A program made the translations under genes and the position numbers. The notes beneath the pieces were generated by a model that searched no databases, was not told the DNA's origin, and saw only the letters and a program-made list of their open reading frames with translations. This document shows positions 61,430 to 64,000 of a stretch of 64,000 bases of DNA, piece after piece (positions within the stretch are counted from its first letter, which is position 1; each line of letters opens with the position of its first letter). This DNA is from Phaeosaccion multiseriatum (taxonomy: Eukaryota > Protista > Ochrophyta, other classes): NCBI GenBank assembly GCA_965112735.1, contig OZ218954.1, forward strand, positions 1,984,001 to 2,048,000. Direction: 5' to 3'.

Positions 61430-63345
61430 ATGGCGTTGGCGGGGCGGCGGGGGCTGCTGCTTCTTGGCAAGCAAAGTGGAACACCTCAGAGACGGGTTGG
61501 TTCGTGGCCTGCCCTCAGAGAAACTGTGGACGCTTCTGTGCGCAGCAGCTGCAGTAGCAGCGGCGGAAACAGGATTATCGGGAGGAGCCGCAGTGGGCTG
61601 CAGCAGAAGCAGGTGCTCCTTTCTTCCGCATTGAGACATGGTCTCCAGCAAGGGAGGAGGGGCTTTGGTAGTAAGCAGTTGATGTGCCATCGGTGGCAGC
61701 CCTCCAGGGCCGGGGAAGGGGCGCCCTTCTCGTGCGTAACCAGCAGGAGCAGTAGTAGCGGTAGCGGCAGCTGCTCAAGTAGCAGTAGTAGCAGTGGTAG
61801 TAGTAGCCCGAGCGCGCCTTCATCCTCGTCGCCCGCGGGCGGCTCTTCTCTGTCTCCTCTCCGTGGCTCGCTACTGCCCGCCACCGCCTTTCGGCCGCCC
61901 CCGTCCATCCGAAGACGGCTCAGCCTCACCATCAACCCTCGAGCATTGTCTGCAGGGCAGCAGGAGAAGCAGCAGCAGCAGCAGCAGCAGCACAACAAAG
62001 CGGCAGATCGACGGATGGAAGAGGACGAGAGAGTCAAGGCGGCAGATCGGGGAGGGACCGGCAGAGGGGGCGCTGGTGACAACAGCAGCGAGAGTGGTGG
62101 CAGCGGTAGCAACACCATTGACATTGAAACCCGCCGCAGTATCTGGAGGGGGCGCGAGCAGTTTGCATCCAAAAGCAAGAGCACCATGGTGACTGCGCTG
62201 GCGGGAAACACCTTTATCTGCATTTTCAAGGTAAGAAGCTCGGCAGCTTTGCTTCACCAAGGGACATCATCATCACACCATCCAGATCGAGGACGACCAC
62301 CCCCCCCCCCCCTCCTCTCCTTCACCTCCCTCATGCCCCTCCCTTCCCCTCCTCTCCTCTCCTCTCCTCACAAAAAGGTGGTGGCGTGGTGGTCCTCCGG
62401 CTCTAGTGCCATGCTCAACACTGCAATCCACAGCCTCGTCGACACCCTGAACCAGGGTCTCAACCTGGTGGGACTGAGAGAGGCGGACAATGCCCCAGAC
62501 AAGACCCATCCCTTGGGCTACGGCAAGGAGATTTACTTTTGGAGCCTCGTGTCTGCGATGGGCACCTTCTGGCTGGGCTTTGGGCTGTCCTTCACGCACT
62601 CGGTACAGCAGCTCATGCAACCGGATCTGCAGGTGAGGGAGAGCGCTAAGTATACAGGCAAGGAGACCTACACTGCTGGTACAATCCACACTCAGAAGCA
62701 CTCGCCCTTTGATCGTAACACTCGGGGTACATTAGTTGGGTGAAATCAAAAGGAGTAGTAGTGAGTGCCAGCAAGGACAGCGTTGGCTTCGCTCTGCCAC
62801 TCTTCCTTCTATCCCTCTTTCAGCGGAAGACGTACGTACCACCCACCTTCTTGTGGAGATGAAGATCGAATCAGCGCATTAGTCATGGAAGCCTGCATGC
62901 TCTGCTGCTTTCGCTTATAGTTCCTCATGAACCTCAACAACCCCACACATCTCCCTCCCCTTTCCCCTCCTGCCTCAGGTGGAAGCCATGGGGACCTGGT
63001 GCCACAGCGCGCTGCTGTTCGCCTTTGTGGTGGACGGTTACGTCCTGTACGAGAGCATCTCGTCTCTGTGGCCCACCAAGCCCAAGGACGTCAGCATCTT
63101 CAAGCACATCTTAGCGCTCAGGGACCCCACACGCAAGGTGAGGGGAGAGAAAGAGGAGGAGGGAGGGAGGGAGGGAGGAAGGAAGGGAGGGAGAAAGGGA
63201 TGTATAAATTATATTAATAACCTGGCATTGGGCTATAAACACGTGTCTGTCGCCTCCTTGCCTTTTCCCTCCCCTTGACCATCCCACTTATGTATGTCTC
63301 TTGCCCTCTTTTGTCTCTTTCTTTTCTGCGCTCTTGAACCAATCA

Positions 63346-63394
<49 letters not shown>

Positions 63395-64000
63395 AACAGG
63401 CCGTTATCTACGAAGACGCCGCCTCGTGCGTGGGTGTAGTGGTTGCCCTCATCGGCACCACGGCCAGTCATGTGCTGCAGAACCCCATATACGACACAAT
63501 GGCAGGCTTCGGCATCTCCTTCCTGCTGGGCTTTATGGGCTACAAACTCATGGAGCTAAATCGCAAGTATCTGGTGGGGATGGCAGTGGACGAGGAGATC
63601 ACGAGGAAGATCATCGAGGTGATGAAGAAGAGGCCGTCCATTGATGCCGTGTCGACAGTGCAGAGTCAGTGGGTGTCACCGTGGAACTTTTCCTTCAAGG
63701 CGGAAGCGGACTTTGACGGAACCTTTGTGGCGGCGTATCTTTTGCCACACTATCAAGACAAGTTCATGCTGGTCAAGGATACGGAGGTGAGACAGTTGGT
63801 GATACAGCGGGAGGGAGAGAAGGACGGACGCGGGCACCTTTGTCAGCATCAATGCCGATCTTTTGAAGATGCTTCCCCTCCTTCTCCTTGTCTTGCTTCT
63901 TGTCTCCTGCTGCTTCTACCGCCTCCCGTTGCCCCCCCCTCTCTCTCCCCTTCTCTCATCACTCTCTGTCTCTCCCCCTCTCTCTTGTTCTCTCTCTCTC
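61430..64000 (+). CDS. Cation diffusion facilitator, ZnT9/SLC30A9/MTP7-like, probable mitochondrial presequence; 3' end beyond window
   Basis: ALAGNTFICIFK|VVAWWSSGSSAMLNTAIHSLVDTLNQGL...PDKTHPLGYGKEIYFWSLVSAMGTFWLGFG, RDPT..AVIYEDAASCVG, YDTMAG, NRKYLVG, FSFKAEADFDG. Confidence 0.9.

Overview
Eukaryotic, intron-rich genomic DNA with GT-AG introns filled with (CA)n, (GA)n, (GGGA)n, (TGAG)n and (AACC)n microsatellites. Gene content suggests a stramenopile, probably an ochrophyte alga (inference). Most ORFs in the six-frame track are microsatellite or intron artefacts, so genes were rebuilt by splicing by eye. About 11 genes are present: a 5'-partial O-fucosyltransferase-family glycosyltransferase; an 8-exon, ~1481-aa secreted multidomain protein with a VioB/RebD/StaD-type ferritin-like domain flanked by bacterial-looking domains (top finding); an ECHDC1-like crotonase; a type I membrane protein; an SGNH/PC-esterase-like protein; a very large TRF4/PAPD5-like nucleotidyltransferase with two TRAF-type zinc fingers; an intronless ankyrin-like repeat protein; a full-size PDR/ABCG transporter; an Hv1-type proton channel; a single-pass Cys-rich/RGS-domain protein; and a 3'-partial ZnT9/MTP7-like CDF transporter. 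A microsatellite-poor island (~33.9-39.8 kb) holds a decayed Deg/HtrA protease pseudogene and an AI-2E transporter fragment. Non-coding features include two copies of a TTAA-type MITE, a cluster of CGACCCCTGAC inverted-repeat elements and several minisatellites. Family assignments rest on motif recognition from memory; no database searches were run.
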